Below are positions 42,299 to 52,473 of a DNA stretch of 64,000 nucleotides, piece by piece. Positions within the stretch are counted from its first letter, which is position 1; every line of letters starts with the position of its first letter. The stretch comes from Candidatus Moanibacter sp. (GTDB taxonomy: Bacteria; Verrucomicrobiota; Verrucomicrobiia; Opitutales; UBA2987), in the NCBI GenBank assembly GCA_965215885.1, contig CBDCEW010000083.1, forward strand, positions 14,875 to 78,874. Reading direction: 5' to 3'. Position numbers and translations under genes: made by a program. The notes under the pieces were generated by a model. It was not told the DNA's origin. It did no database searches and was given only the letters and a program-made list of their open reading frames with translations.

Positions 42299-42911
42299 CT
42301 CACGCAACGGTCTTCGACCCGCAAGCGGGACTACGCCCTGTCATGAAGCCGCAAAGTCGCAAAGGGGAAAGAGGAAGAGAGAACCATTTGAGGTAATACT
42401 GCCTGAGGTTTCTGGCAATCCCGTCCTTCCCGATCTCCCTGTGACCACATCCGTGAGCAATAAATTTCCGAGATCGAATTTCTACAGGAATATTGGGAAT
42501 ACCAGAAAGGGGAAGGGAGCTTTGCTTTCTCCTCGAGCCGGGATTGGAGTTTGAATCAATCCGCGGTTTTCTCGAATCCGCGGTAAACCCTCACTCTCCC
42601 CATCCGTTGCTGTCCTTTCATCTGCTGCTACACCTCTTCCTTTCGCGTCTTTTCGCGTCTTTATCGGGCAATCCTGCGGGCACCTCCACTCTCCCCATCC
42701 GTTGTACATCCTCCATAGCTTTAGCGTAGGAGGGCCGTCCTTTTCCCGGCTTGCCGGGACTGCCAAATCTCCCTAGTCGCGTCCATCTGCGTTGTCTGCC
42801 GTACGGCAGACCGGTTCTCTCCCTTCCTGTCTTTTCGGCGCCCTATTTGCGTCTTAGCGGCTTCATGACAGGGCGTAGTCCCGCTTGCGGGTCGAAGACC
42901 GTTGCGTGAGG
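42299..42911. repeat. large inverted-repeat pair enclosing further repeats
   Basis: ctcacgcaacggtcttcgacccgcaagcgggactacgccctgtcatgaagccgc and its reverse complement ending at ~42911. A diverged third copy is at ~59360-59426. Confidence 0.88.
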
Positions 42912-43438
42912 CTACTCACACTCTCTCTTCTGGATCCCTGGCTCGCCACAATTCCGCGAAGCGGGTACGCGGGCACCTCAACTTTCCCCATCCGTTGTAC
43001 ATCCTCCATAGCTCTAGCGTAGGAGGGCCGTCCTTTCATCCGCTACTACACCTCTTCCTTTCGCGTGCTTAGCCGGCACCTCCATTTTCCCCATTCGTTG
43101 CCCTCCTTGGCTCGGCGTAGCATGCGTAGACGGCTCCTTCATTCGTTGCTAAACCTCCCCGATTCGAGCCTTTTTCACGTCTTTCGCCCGCTTATTTCAC
43201 ACAATTCAGAAGCGTGGATGGCAAGGCCCGAGCGAAATTCCGTGCGGGCGCGCACTACTGTGCGTAACCGCGTGGGATTTTCGCGAGAACGCAGCCACGC
43301 CGCGCTTGTGGATGTGAGCCTTGGCGCAAACTCGAACGAATACAGGCTGTATTTAGCCCCGTAATCGCAACGAATTCTTTTTCATCTACTTAACTCCGTT
43401 TGCGCCAAAGCGATGAAATATGCGGGACCGCGGCACCC

Positions 43439-43549
43439 TCACCTGTTCAAGAATCGCCCCATCCAAAACATCAGAAAGCCGGCCGTCGTCGAAACCGCTA
43501 CCGCGATAAAGAAAAATGCAATGACTTTTGCCACAATTATTCCAACCAT
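43439..43549 (-). CDS. candidate 36-aa single-TM small protein (not in ORF track)
   Basis: MVGIIVAKVIAFFFIAVAVSTTAGFLMFWMGRFLNR*, with AAGGAAG 5 nt upstream. Confidence 0.5.
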   Translation of the reverse strand: MVGIIVAKVIAFFFIAVAVSTTAGFLMFWMGRFLNR

Positions 43550-43728
43550 GATGTCTTCCTTTCCGATCTCGATGCTCAACGCTTGTTCTGGGGTGAATGC
43601 GCGCACTTCCTACCCACAAAAATTCCGCAATCTCCGTTTACGTTGTTGGAGAAGTGATCGCCCCGCTTATTCCGAAAAAATCATTCTGAAATTGCCCACT
43701 CAGCGTAGCGGAACGCGGAAGCGTTGTA

Positions 43729-43967
43729 CGTGTTTAGCGCGATGGCTTATGGTTTTAAAGTTCTTGCAGATTTATTCGCCGTTCGGGGTCATGACCTTAA
43801 GAAGTTGCTGTTTTTCCGCTTCGCTGAGGGGGTCAGGCCTTACAAACCGCCCTTCGCAGGCTCAGGGCAATTTGTTAAGGCAGCTGACCCCGAAAAACAG
43901 ACACTTCTAAGGCTTGACCCCTTGCTTCCAACATCGAACTAAGGCATTTGCCATCACGCTAAACACG
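43729..43967. mobile_element. 239-bp MITE-like element, copy 2
   Basis: cgtgtttagcgcgatgg / ccatcacgctaaacacg, TA-flanked; colinear with 37938-38176. Confidence 0.85.
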
Positions 43968-44525
43968 TACGGAGCGTTTCGTTTACACAGAAGAATATTT
44001 CACAGAAGGGAACAAAGAGAGAAGAAGAGAAAACCCTACAGGAAAAAACTGAGGAAAGGGAGGAGGGGAAAGAGCGAGGGTCCTCTTTCGGATCACTTAG
44101 GCATGAGGGCGCCAGCCCGAATTGCCACCGGTTAATTGTTCGAAGTTTCCGGGCTCATTACGCCAGATGTTAGCAGCGGATGAAAGCACCGCAACGGATA
44201 AGGATCAAGGACTCCCTTCCTATTCCCAATCGCAGTTACTATCGCGAAGCCGAGGACCTCACCCTTTCTCCCCCATCCGTTGCAATTCTTTCATCCGCTG
44301 CCATTTCTCTTCTCCCCGAATTGGAAAGCGATTCGGCTACAATCTTCAACGGTTCCTGCAACTGGACCGCTTTCGGTTCAGCACTCCCTCCGGATAGAGT
44401 CCAACCAAACAAGATTTCACAGAAGGGAACGGAGAGAGATGATGGAGAAGAGGAGGAAAGAGGGTTGAAAGAATTACGGTAGCCGTTCGAAACTACGTTA
44501 AATAGGGCGCCGACAATAATGAAGA

Positions 44526-44789
44526 ATGAACATGGGAAGCAATAAACCAATGAAAGAACAGACACCAAGAACGATGATTGAGCTGGCAGATTCCCTGAAA
44601 TCGGAAACGAGCAAGGGTTGGTGGTCGCAGGAATTGCTGGAGCAATACTGCGAGCCGCTAAAGGAACTCTCCAATACCGAACTCGTAACCCTCTTTGAGA
44701 AAACCGGGATCGCCAATCCGATCGCGATTGAGATGGCCAGGCGGCTCAGAGGTAAACCGTATGGTCTCGTTGAGCCGGAGCGTGAATGA
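44526..44789 (+). CDS. small hypothetical protein
   Basis: 87-aa ORF with helical, protein-like composition; no family recognised. Confidence 0.45.
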   Translation: MNMGSNKPMKEQTPRTMIELADSLKSETSKGWWSQELLEQYCEPLKELSNTELVTLFEKTGIANPIAIEMARRLRGKPYGLVEPERE

Positions 44790-45042
44790 AATCGATGTCG
44801 GGTTCATTGTTTAGGCCGAAGTTGGGGATCGTTTGGAGGAAGGTGAAGCCAAGCCAACGTAGCCAGCGGATGTGGAGGGTGTTGCGTGGGTCGGCGACGT
44901 TGTAGAGAAGTGGGAAGTCGCCGCCGTGGAGAGTGTCGACCCAGTCAGATGAATGGCGGAGGAATTTGTATTTGAGGTCGAGGAGAGCGGGTGAATTGCG
45001 GAACTATGCGAATCCGACGAACGAGCCGACAGAAGAGGTCAT
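44746..45042 (-). pseudogene. phage T7 gp13-like (DUF2833) gene remnant
   Basis: Manual translation: GFA*FRNSPALLDLKYKFLRHSSDWVDTL..FPLLYNVADPRNTLHIRWLRWLGFTF; in-frame TAG at 45006-45004. Confidence 0.65.
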
Positions 45043-45083
45043 TGTCGACCTTTCGCCCAACCTTTACCAACCGAACCAAGCCC

Positions 45084-46064
45084 CTATCCCTCGCTCGCCT
45101 CTCCCGCTAGAAAATCCTTGCCCAGCGCCTGGAAAACGAACTCCGCGTTGCTCCGGGCGTCCTCAGCTTCGTCTTCTGTATAAGGCCGTTCCGCATAAAA
45201 TGCAGGGGCCCGCTCCTCTGCGAGGGATGAAGAGATTTCTTGAATGCGAACCACCGTTTCCGAAGACAGCTTCACGTTCCGCTCCTCGCAGATTTGGTCG
45301 AGCAGGGCGGAGGGATCGTGGACTCTGGGATATTCGTAGCCGTTTTTCTTGATGAACCCCTTTATTGCGAGTTCAACGATCTCATGAGATCGCGGCACAA
45401 CCAATCGATAGTTTCGCGCACCAAGTGCTGATGACACATCCTTTTCGAAGATCAGTCGGGCCTCTTCGAATAGAGCGACGGCCGTTTCTTCGCTGTTCAT
45501 AAAATGACCGCCCCCTTGTGCTTTCCCATTAGGGTTTAAGTCCCAGTACCACGTGCCGTCTTCGAGAGAGATTCTCTTCGAGCCGAGCTCTTCGAGGCGA
45601 ATGCACATTTCAGCTTTCAGGTCCGCGAAAAAGCCATTTCGATCGAAAAGAACGATTCCATCTTCTAGAATATCGAGAAAGACGTACGGTTTCTCCTCTG
45701 ACTCGGACTTGCTCAAGATCACTGAGCTTATGTGAGGAAAGGCAAAGATGTCGCCTTTTACTCCTTCTTCACTCCACCCTGCCAAAAAGCGTTTTCGTAG
45801 GCCCACAAAACGATCCCGGAATTCGGTGTGAGAAAGGCAGCTCTCATCATGGATCAAGAGAAGATCGATATCACTCTCTTCCCTTTCCGATCTTCTCGCC
45901 ACCGAGCCAAATAGCACGACAGAGACTATGCCGGAGCCAAATGACTCAAGGAGCAGCGGAACAAAATCTACCAAGAGCTCTTGGTAGGCTGGATTAATGC
46001 CGCTCTCTGACAACACGTCCTTGGCCATTCTGACAGGTTCAGATTGCACACTATTCAGATTCAT
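45084..46064 (-). CDS. MNT nucleotidyltransferase plus HEPN domain (toxin-antitoxin-like pair, fused here)
   Basis: VLFGSVAR..SDIDLL; then ELAIKG, YPRVHD and ERAPAFY; internal ATG at 45500. Confidence 0.85.
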   Translation of the reverse strand: MNLNSVQSEPVRMAKDVLSESGINPAYQELLVDFVPLLLESFGSGIVSVVLFGSVARRSEREESDIDLLLIHDESCLSHTEFRDRFVGLRKRFLAGWSEEGVKGDIFAFPHISSVILSKSESEEKPYVFLDILEDGIVLFDRNGFFADLKAEMCIRLEELGSKRISLEDGTWYWDLNPNGKAQGGGHFMNSEETAVALFEEARLIFEKDVSSALGARNYRLVVPRSHEIVELAIKGFIKKNGYEYPRVHDPSALLDQICEERNVKLSSETVVRIQEISSSLAEERAPAFYAERPYTEDEAEDARSNAEFVFQALGKDFLAGEASEG

Positions 46065-46380
46065 TCACCCTCCCGTGAATGTCAAACCGCCGAAAGGACA
46101 CGTTTTCTCGAAAAAAAATCTCTCACCCGAAAATATAACCTGTTGCTGTTGAAAGAAAATTGATCCGTTCCTCCGAAGAAAAGCCTCGCCTTGAAAATTT
46201 TAATGGACCACAGATTGAATTTTTAATAAGGAAGGAAGGAAAGCCCTTCGACTACGCTCAGATCAGGCAGGAAATTGCCCATGGACATCCATAAGGCATT
46301 GATACTAAACTCGATAGAAGAGAGACCACGGATTTCCTAGCGCAGCAAAGGCGCAACCAAAACAAACGCAGGAATAGAAA

Positions 46381-46689
46381 AGAAACCACGGATGACACGG
46401 ATTCCACGGATAGAGATTGCTTTGGAAGGAGGAGAGCAGAATTCGCTTTACTCGCGCACGAGAGTGAGGGAACGGGTTAGACAGGAATCGGCAAGAGCCG
46501 GCCGGCTTTTGCCGATTCCTGTCTAACCCGTTCAGGTGCGTCTTCACGCTAAGCGAATTTTGCTCTCTTCCTTCCAATCCCACATCCATTGGCCTGTATA
46601 ATCCTCTTTTACACATTACACTTTCTGCATATTGAGTACTTCCCAACTAACCTGTCATCCGTGATGATCCGTGTCATCCGTGGTTCTCT
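46381..46689. repeat. nested palindromes around a 64-bp near-perfect palindrome (46470-46533)
   Basis: gaacgggttagacaggaatcggcaagagccgg|ccggcttttgccgattcctgtctaacccgttc, inside two further IR pairs. Confidence 0.9.
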
Positions 46690-47593
46690 TTCTTAGAGAT
46701 CCTCAATTATCTATCGAATTCAAAACCAATACCTTATGTGTATCCGTGGAGAAAAACCTGCTAAAGAAACAAGGTTCTGCCGGATTGTAATACGGATCGA
46801 CACGGATAAGAAAAACCATCCGAGGCATTGGCAATGTTTCGCCAAAGCCACGTGTCGGCAAAACGCTAAAAAGAAGGCAACGAGTCGAAGGTTCGCACGT
46901 TTCTACAGCCGCCCTTTCCCACAATCTAAATTCCCATCCGTGCCCATCCGCGAAATCTCGTAGAGTCTGCCGTACGGCAGATCCGCGGTCAAGATGATCC
47001 CAATCGACCTCCCTTCGAAAGATGTTTCCTGGTCCCGGCAAGTCGGGAACACAGGATGAAAAAATCCGCGGTTTTCCCTGGCACGGCGCAGCGGAACGGA
47101 GACGGCTCGAATCCGTGGTAAATTCTTCTTCATTCGACTCCGTATTACAATCCGGCAGAATCTTGTTTTTCTAGCAAGTTTCTGCGTAGAAGAGGTTGGT
47201 ATTCAATAAACTGCAGTCGACAAGGTTTGGGATCCCGCTCAGCGGGATTCGCGACCCGTCGACGCTCTGCTTTGCCGAGGCATGCAAGGTTACCCAAGGC
47301 AAGCAGGAGTTTCCTTCTTCATTCGCGTCCATTCGCGTGCATCTGCGGTTCTCTTCCTCTTTTTTGGTTGCGGCTTTGCTGCGCTAGGCAACTCTGTGGT
47401 TCCCATGGCACGGCGTAGCGGATCGGAGACGGCTCGGTGAATCTCTCCTGCCCTGAGCCCCGTCGAAGGGGTGACCCCTCTTCTCTTATGTCAGCCTTCC
47501 AGTCTGCTGGCGATTTCCGTTTGATCTAAAATTCCTATCTATTCAATTCTTCTTTACGAAACCGGAAAAACCCTCAATATGAAGCTCTTCCTA

Positions 47594-47667
47594 CGGGGCG
47601 TAGCTCAGCCTGGCAGAGCGCTGCGTTCGGGACGCAGAGGTCGCTGGTTCAAATCCAGTCGCCCCGA
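47594..47667 (+). tRNA. tRNA-Pro(CGG)
   Basis: Acceptor cggggcg/cgccccg, anticodon arm ctgcg-tt-cgg-ga-cgcag, GGTTCAAATCC; CCA not encoded. Confidence 0.96.
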
Positions 47668-47730
47668 TTTCCACAAGCCACCCCTCGGCATTCACTCTCG
47701 ATGCCTCTAACAGACTCGAACCTAAAGTAG

Positions 47731-49083
47731 ATGTTGAGGAAAACGATGGACGCCTTTCTGCATTGCAGAGCATCGCGCGGGAAGGGCCGCAACCCAGGTA
47801 TTTATCTGCTCATGTTTTCCATCTGCGGCGGGTTGCTTACGCTTTCTCTCTCCTGCAGTGGGCCGGAACCGGTCCGTAAAGAGAAACAAGAACAAGAGCC
47901 CGACACTTCCCTGATCGGCCCGGACCTGCTCGTCAGCCGCCCGATTGGCAACGCCCTCGTCGGACACCCGATGATTACCGACCTGACAGTCGTCGACCTG
48001 GATCAGGATGGGCTCATGGACGTCGTAGTATGCGAAGGGCGGGCCAGTGTGGTGAGTTGGATACGGCAGGAGTCCCCGGGTGTGTTTGTGGAGAAGGACC
48101 TGGAGCGGGACATCACGGGACCGGCACATGTTGAGGCGAGTGATATCGATCGGGACGGCGATCTGGACCTGCTCATCGCAGCCATGGGGATCATCACGCC
48201 CAACAACGAGAAAATCGGGGCCGTTGTCGTTCTGGAAAATCTGGGAGCGCAGGAATTCCGAAAACGGGTGCTCCTCGAAAAGGTCTCGCGGGTAACGGAC
48301 GTGCAGGCAGAGGACCTGGACGGCGATGGCGACTTCGACCTGGCAGTGGGTCAGTTCGGATACTTTCAGGGAGAGATTCGGTGGATGGAAAACCTGGGTG
48401 ACTGGCAATTTGAGAGTCATCCTCTGCTCGATCTCTCCGGGACTATTCATACCCCCGTAGCAGACATTGACGGGGATCGGGACATCGACATCCTCGCCCT
48501 CGTCTCGCAGGAATGGGAGGAGATCTATGTGTTTGATAACAATGGCGGTACATTTCAGCAACGAATTATCTATGGTTCGACAAACGAGGATTACGGCAGC
48601 AGCGGTATCGCCATCGATGACATCGATGGCGACGGAGATCCCGACATCGTCTATACCAATGGTGACGCTCTGGACTATTCGACACCGGGCCCGCGACCAT
48701 GGCACGGCGTGCAATGGCTGGAGAATAACGGTCAGGGCTACTTTTCATTCCATCGTCTGGGAGACTTTCCCGGCGCCTACAGTCCCACTGCCACGGATCT
48801 GGACGGAGATGGTGACCTCGACATTCTCGCGGTTAGCTCATTCGACGACTGGGGACGAAAGAAAGCATTTTCAATCATCTGCTTCGAACAGGTTAGCCCA
48901 CGCGAATTTCGCCCTCGCGTGCTGGCTGTAGATCCGCCCCGCCTGCTCGCTCTCGATGCCGCGGACATGGACGGCGACGGAGAGGTTGAACTCGTAACAG
49001 GTAGCTTTCACTCATATCCGCCTTTCGAAAATATGAGCCGGGTTCTTCTCTGGGACCGAAGAGAAGACACAGAGCACCACTGA
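47731..49083 (+). CDS. FG-GAP/VCBS repeat beta-propeller lipoprotein
   Basis: Seven DxDxDGxxD/E repeats and an LSLSC lipobox; the true start is probably downstream (~47812). Confidence 0.88.
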   Translation: MLRKTMDAFLHCRASRGKGRNPGIYLLMFSICGGLLTLSLSCSGPEPVRKEKQEQEPDTSLIGPDLLVSRPIGNALVGHPMITDLTVVDLDQDGLMDVVVCEGRASVVSWIRQESPGVFVEKDLERDITGPAHVEASDIDRDGDLDLLIAAMGIITPNNEKIGAVVVLENLGAQEFRKRVLLEKVSRVTDVQAEDLDGDGDFDLAVGQFGYFQGEIRWMENLGDWQFESHPLLDLSGTIHTPVADIDGDRDIDILALVSQEWEEIYVFDNNGGTFQQRIIYGSTNEDYGSSGIAIDDIDGDGDPDIVYTNGDALDYSTPGPRPWHGVQWLENNGQGYFSFHRLGDFPGAYSPTATDLDGDGDLDILAVSSFDDWGRKKAFSIICFEQVSPREFRPRVLAVDPPRLLALDAADMDGDGEVELVTGSFHSYPPFENMSRVLLWDRREDTEHH

Positions 49084-49425
49084 GCCGTCTCCGCTGCGTT
49101 GCGCCGTGCCATCCGTATTACAATCTTTCAAAACTTAGTTTTTTGAACACGTTTTTCTTTCATTGAAATATAAGAGGCTGGTATTCAACGTATTGCAATC
49201 GACCCGTCGCCGCTTCGCTTCGCCGAGGCAAGCAAGGTTTGGGACAAGGTTCGCGACCCGTCGACGCTCTGCTTTGCCGAGGCATGCAAGGTTTCCAAGG
49301 GAAGTAGGAGTTTCCTTCTGCATTCGCGTCCATCTGCGTGGTCTGCCGTACGGCAGACCGGTTCTCTTCTTCCTTTTTTTGGTTGCGGCTTCGCTGCGCT
49401 AGGAAATCCGCGGTCACACAGATTC

Positions 49426-50718
49426 CTAATTACCCTCAGGGAACATCTCTTCCGGGTCGGTCATTATCTCCATGCCGCCGTGGTCGCGCACTTCGTCGAG
49501 CATCGCCTCAGACACCAGGATTTCGCCCAGCGTGAGCGTGTCCTTAATTCGAACGATTCGGGCGTCTTGCGGTTTGACCCGTAGCAGCGTCTTAATCGCC
49601 AGCCGAACAGCATCTTTTTCGGTCGGCATCACAATCGGAATCAGCCCCCCATCCAGGTATGCGCTGGTAATGACGTTGGCATAGGTGAAACCGATATCAA
49701 TGCGATTGAATAACTTTAGGACCACAATCTTCTTCTTTTGGGTGATGACATCAGCAACGCCGATCCCGCACGCATTCCCGTGAGTCTGATCGCTGAGATC
49801 AAGGACCACAATCTTCTTCACGCGAGGCCTTTCGAATCCGACCACACCTCGATTATTCCGACCTGTGATGTTGGGGTCGAACCCCGCGCCACTGATTTCC
49901 TTGCCCATTCGATCGATTACGAGGACGTCGATATCTTCGAAATAGAGGCGGGCCATCAGCTCTTTGGAACGCGCCTGCAATTCGCTTTCGCGCGCCACCA
50001 GTCGCTCGGGCGGAATAGCTTCGACGATAGCAGTGTTTTCGTAGGCATCTTCAACCAGGGCTACCCCGAAAAGAAACGGTATCTGCTGCATGATCAATTC
50101 AGCTGCCACCGGCAAAACCTCCGCAAACCGATCCATGCCCTGGTTATGTATCACGGTGGCGCCGTTGATCTTACCCATGCCGATGACCATCATCTTTACG
50201 ATACCGCTCTCGATATCGCCCCTGAACGTCGTATGAGGTTTGATGCGATTAATGAGAACGACACCATCGGCCTCCCTTGCATTCCTGTCCATGTGCAGTG
50301 GCGTGCCGTCGTCCAATTCGGCGACCACGACGGTATCCATCGTTGCCCGTATCGGGGCCCCGATACGTGCCTCCGTAATACCGTAGTTCGCCAGCACTTC
50401 CGTCTGGCCCTCCACGGTGGCCCCTCCATGGCTGCCCATGGCGGGAAAAACAAACGGTTCCCCCCCGCGGCTCACAATTCCAGACACCAAAGACCCTACG
50501 GCTTCCCCAATATTCGCCACACCTCTGCTACCCACACCAATGGCGATCTTTGCTCCCGGGGATATCTTCGACCCTATATCCGGTGCGTCGAGCTGCTCTC
50601 GCACACTCGTGGCGACATCGTCCACGCGATGCGTCTCGAAAATCTGGCGCACCTTCGCCATTTTTGGAATCGGTAGATCCAGTCCACCTGCGATATTCAC
50701 TTGAACGTTCTCGAACAT
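49426..50718 (-). CDS. LarA/DUF2088 lactate racemase-domain protein
   Basis: GVGSRG, PAMGSHGGAT, NRIKPHT and GKEISGAGFDPN motifs. Confidence 0.85.
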   Translation of the reverse strand: MFENVQVNIAGGLDLPIPKMAKVRQIFETHRVDDVATSVREQLDAPDIGSKISPGAKIAIGVGSRGVANIGEAVGSLVSGIVSRGGEPFVFPAMGSHGGATVEGQTEVLANYGITEARIGAPIRATMDTVVVAELDDGTPLHMDRNAREADGVVLINRIKPHTTFRGDIESGIVKMMVIGMGKINGATVIHNQGMDRFAEVLPVAAELIMQQIPFLFGVALVEDAYENTAIVEAIPPERLVARESELQARSKELMARLYFEDIDVLVIDRMGKEISGAGFDPNITGRNNRGVVGFERPRVKKIVVLDLSDQTHGNACGIGVADVITQKKKIVVLKLFNRIDIGFTYANVITSAYLDGGLIPIVMPTEKDAVRLAIKTLLRVKPQDARIVRIKDTLTLGEILVSEAMLDEVRDHGGMEIMTDPEEMFPEGN

Positions 50719-51094
50719 GGCTACCCTTTCGTCTTCAAAATCAACTACCTTATCGTATTTGAAAATAGACGGATTAGAACTTAGAGGGCAATTAATTTTG
50801 AGGAATTGAAGAATACTCCCCGTCCTTGCTTGCCGCGGACGAGGTATCTAACTCTTTCGCCAATAGGTCCGTAACTGCCTTTGCTCATTACGAAGTTGAA
50901 ACAAACGTCCCCGGAGGGGCCGTTCCACCACTAACAACCTTGCTACTGGTGGATCGGGCGCTCCGCGCACGATGACAATAGATCAGCGACCCCGCAGCAA
51001 ACTACGGGGAATTACCAAGTTAAAAATAATAGAGGATTATCATTAACAGCCAGATCGCAGAAGAATAGCCAGAACCGACCAACTACCCATATTT

Positions 51095-51187
51095 CGAGTT
51101 ACGAAACTTAACTCGACTCGGACGCGGTCAATTCAAGATCCTGAGAAATCTCCCTTCTCGGGGAAATTGATAATTTCTCGAACTCAC
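51095..51187 (-). repeat. diverged duplicate of the 3' end of the 51352-52377 gene
   Basis: 93-bp segment colinear with 51348-51440. Confidence 0.85.
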
Positions 51188-51351
51188 AATTGTGATTCGG
51201 CTGAAAAATCCCTCGTTCTTGCGACCGCGGCTACAACGTTACGTAAGTCGTTGATATATGTAGCCGCGTTCGCAAGAATGGGGTCGCGGGTTCCGCGAGG
51301 ACGACTTTTACAGCCGAATCGTAAGGGCTGAATTATTACCCCAATTCCGAG

Positions 51352-52377
51352 TTACGAAACGTAATTCAACTCCCGCGCCGTCAATTCAAGATCCTGCGAC
51401 AACTCCCTAATCGGGGGAATTGATAATTTCTCTAACTCACCGTGGTAGGCCTTCACTGCATCTCTTGCTGAAATCTCTTCGTCCGCGATCCTCCGCAGGT
51501 AGGAAACGAACGACAATGGATGTTCGGCGCTTTTAATCTTGCGCCCGAAGAGTGCGACGCGGGCCCCAAATCTCTTACCCTCCTCAAGCAACTTGAAGGC
51601 ATCGTGTGTCGTCCCACTTCCGCCACCGAGAATTCCCACGATCAACGCTGGGTCGTAGGCCACGAGTTCCTCCATCCACTTCGGCCCGAAGAACGGGATT
51701 TTCAGAAACTCGGGTCGACTGCTCTGCGGCACTCCAGCCAGCATACGGCAGATGTGATCATTGACAAAGGCAGGCAGCTCTTCCTCGCTCAAACCGCAGT
51801 CGACATTCGGGGCGAACACTTCGAGGAAATATCGAAATCCATGATCCACTGCATCTAGACGAAATTCGTTAAATGCCGTCAGCGACGCCAGATCGCTATC
51901 CAGATCGTTGTTAAAGGTTACGGAATAAAGCCCCAGATTCACTTTCGGCTCACCTGAATCCCCGGCATTGAGTCTCCCAAATTGAGCTTCTTCCAGAATG
52001 CAGGTGGAAAAGGGTCGGGAGGGCTGTTCCACGTAGCGCATCCCACGCCCGCACCAGATATCGGTTGTATCGTTGGCCCGAATGGCAGGTGTAACGGGCG
52101 AATTCTCGAAGAGATTCTCCCGGTGGGCCAACTGGTCCATTACAGAGACCGACGTCAACATGATATCCAGTTTCTCCTGGCGAATGAGGGCACGGATCTG
52201 CTCCCGAAACTCCGTCATGGAGGCGAATTCACGCCCCTCCTCGGGAGGATATGGCGCACCCGGACTGGGAATTCCCCACGCCATGTCCGCATCCTTCGCA
52301 TCCGCCAGAATAAACTCCCGGCAGGATTGCGGATCTTCCCGCAGAGCCGCAAGTTTGGTATCGAGTGTCTTTTTCAT
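51352..52377 (-). CDS. uncharacterised class I aldolase-like TIM-barrel protein
   Basis: YFLEVF, FLKIPF (candidate Schiff-base Lys), GILGGG and LFGRKI motifs. Confidence 0.65.
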   Translation of the reverse strand: MKKTLDTKLAALREDPQSCREFILADAKDADMAWGIPSPGAPYPPEEGREFASMTEFREQIRALIRQEKLDIMLTSVSVMDQLAHRENLFENSPVTPAIRANDTTDIWCGRGMRYVEQPSRPFSTCILEEAQFGRLNAGDSGEPKVNLGLYSVTFNNDLDSDLASLTAFNEFRLDAVDHGFRYFLEVFAPNVDCGLSEEELPAFVNDHICRMLAGVPQSSRPEFLKIPFFGPKWMEELVAYDPALIVGILGGGSGTTHDAFKLLEEGKRFGARVALFGRKIKSAEHPLSFVSYLRRIADEEISARDAVKAYHGELEKLSIPPIRELSQDLELTARELNYVS

Positions 52378-52473
52378 ATTTTAGCTCGAAATCCTAACAA
52401 TCTCCAGCGCAAGGCCGGGGGATTCCTGATTCTGTCAATCAGGTAGGTGATAGCTTCGGGGTCGCCCACTGCT

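Noticed and set aside
42100..47500. Possible CRISPR array among the dense repeats
   Set aside because: No regularly spaced identical repeats with unique spacers, and no cas genes; the repeats are inverted or nested.
47722..48714. Long antisense ORFs (this one, and 2734-3600, 10395-11189, 49738-50676)
   Set aside because: They are shadows of well-supported genes on the opposite strand and carry no motifs.
44500..49100. Prophage or island integrated at tRNA-Pro
   Set aside because: No integrase and no duplicated tRNA 3' end seen; only one phage-like remnant.
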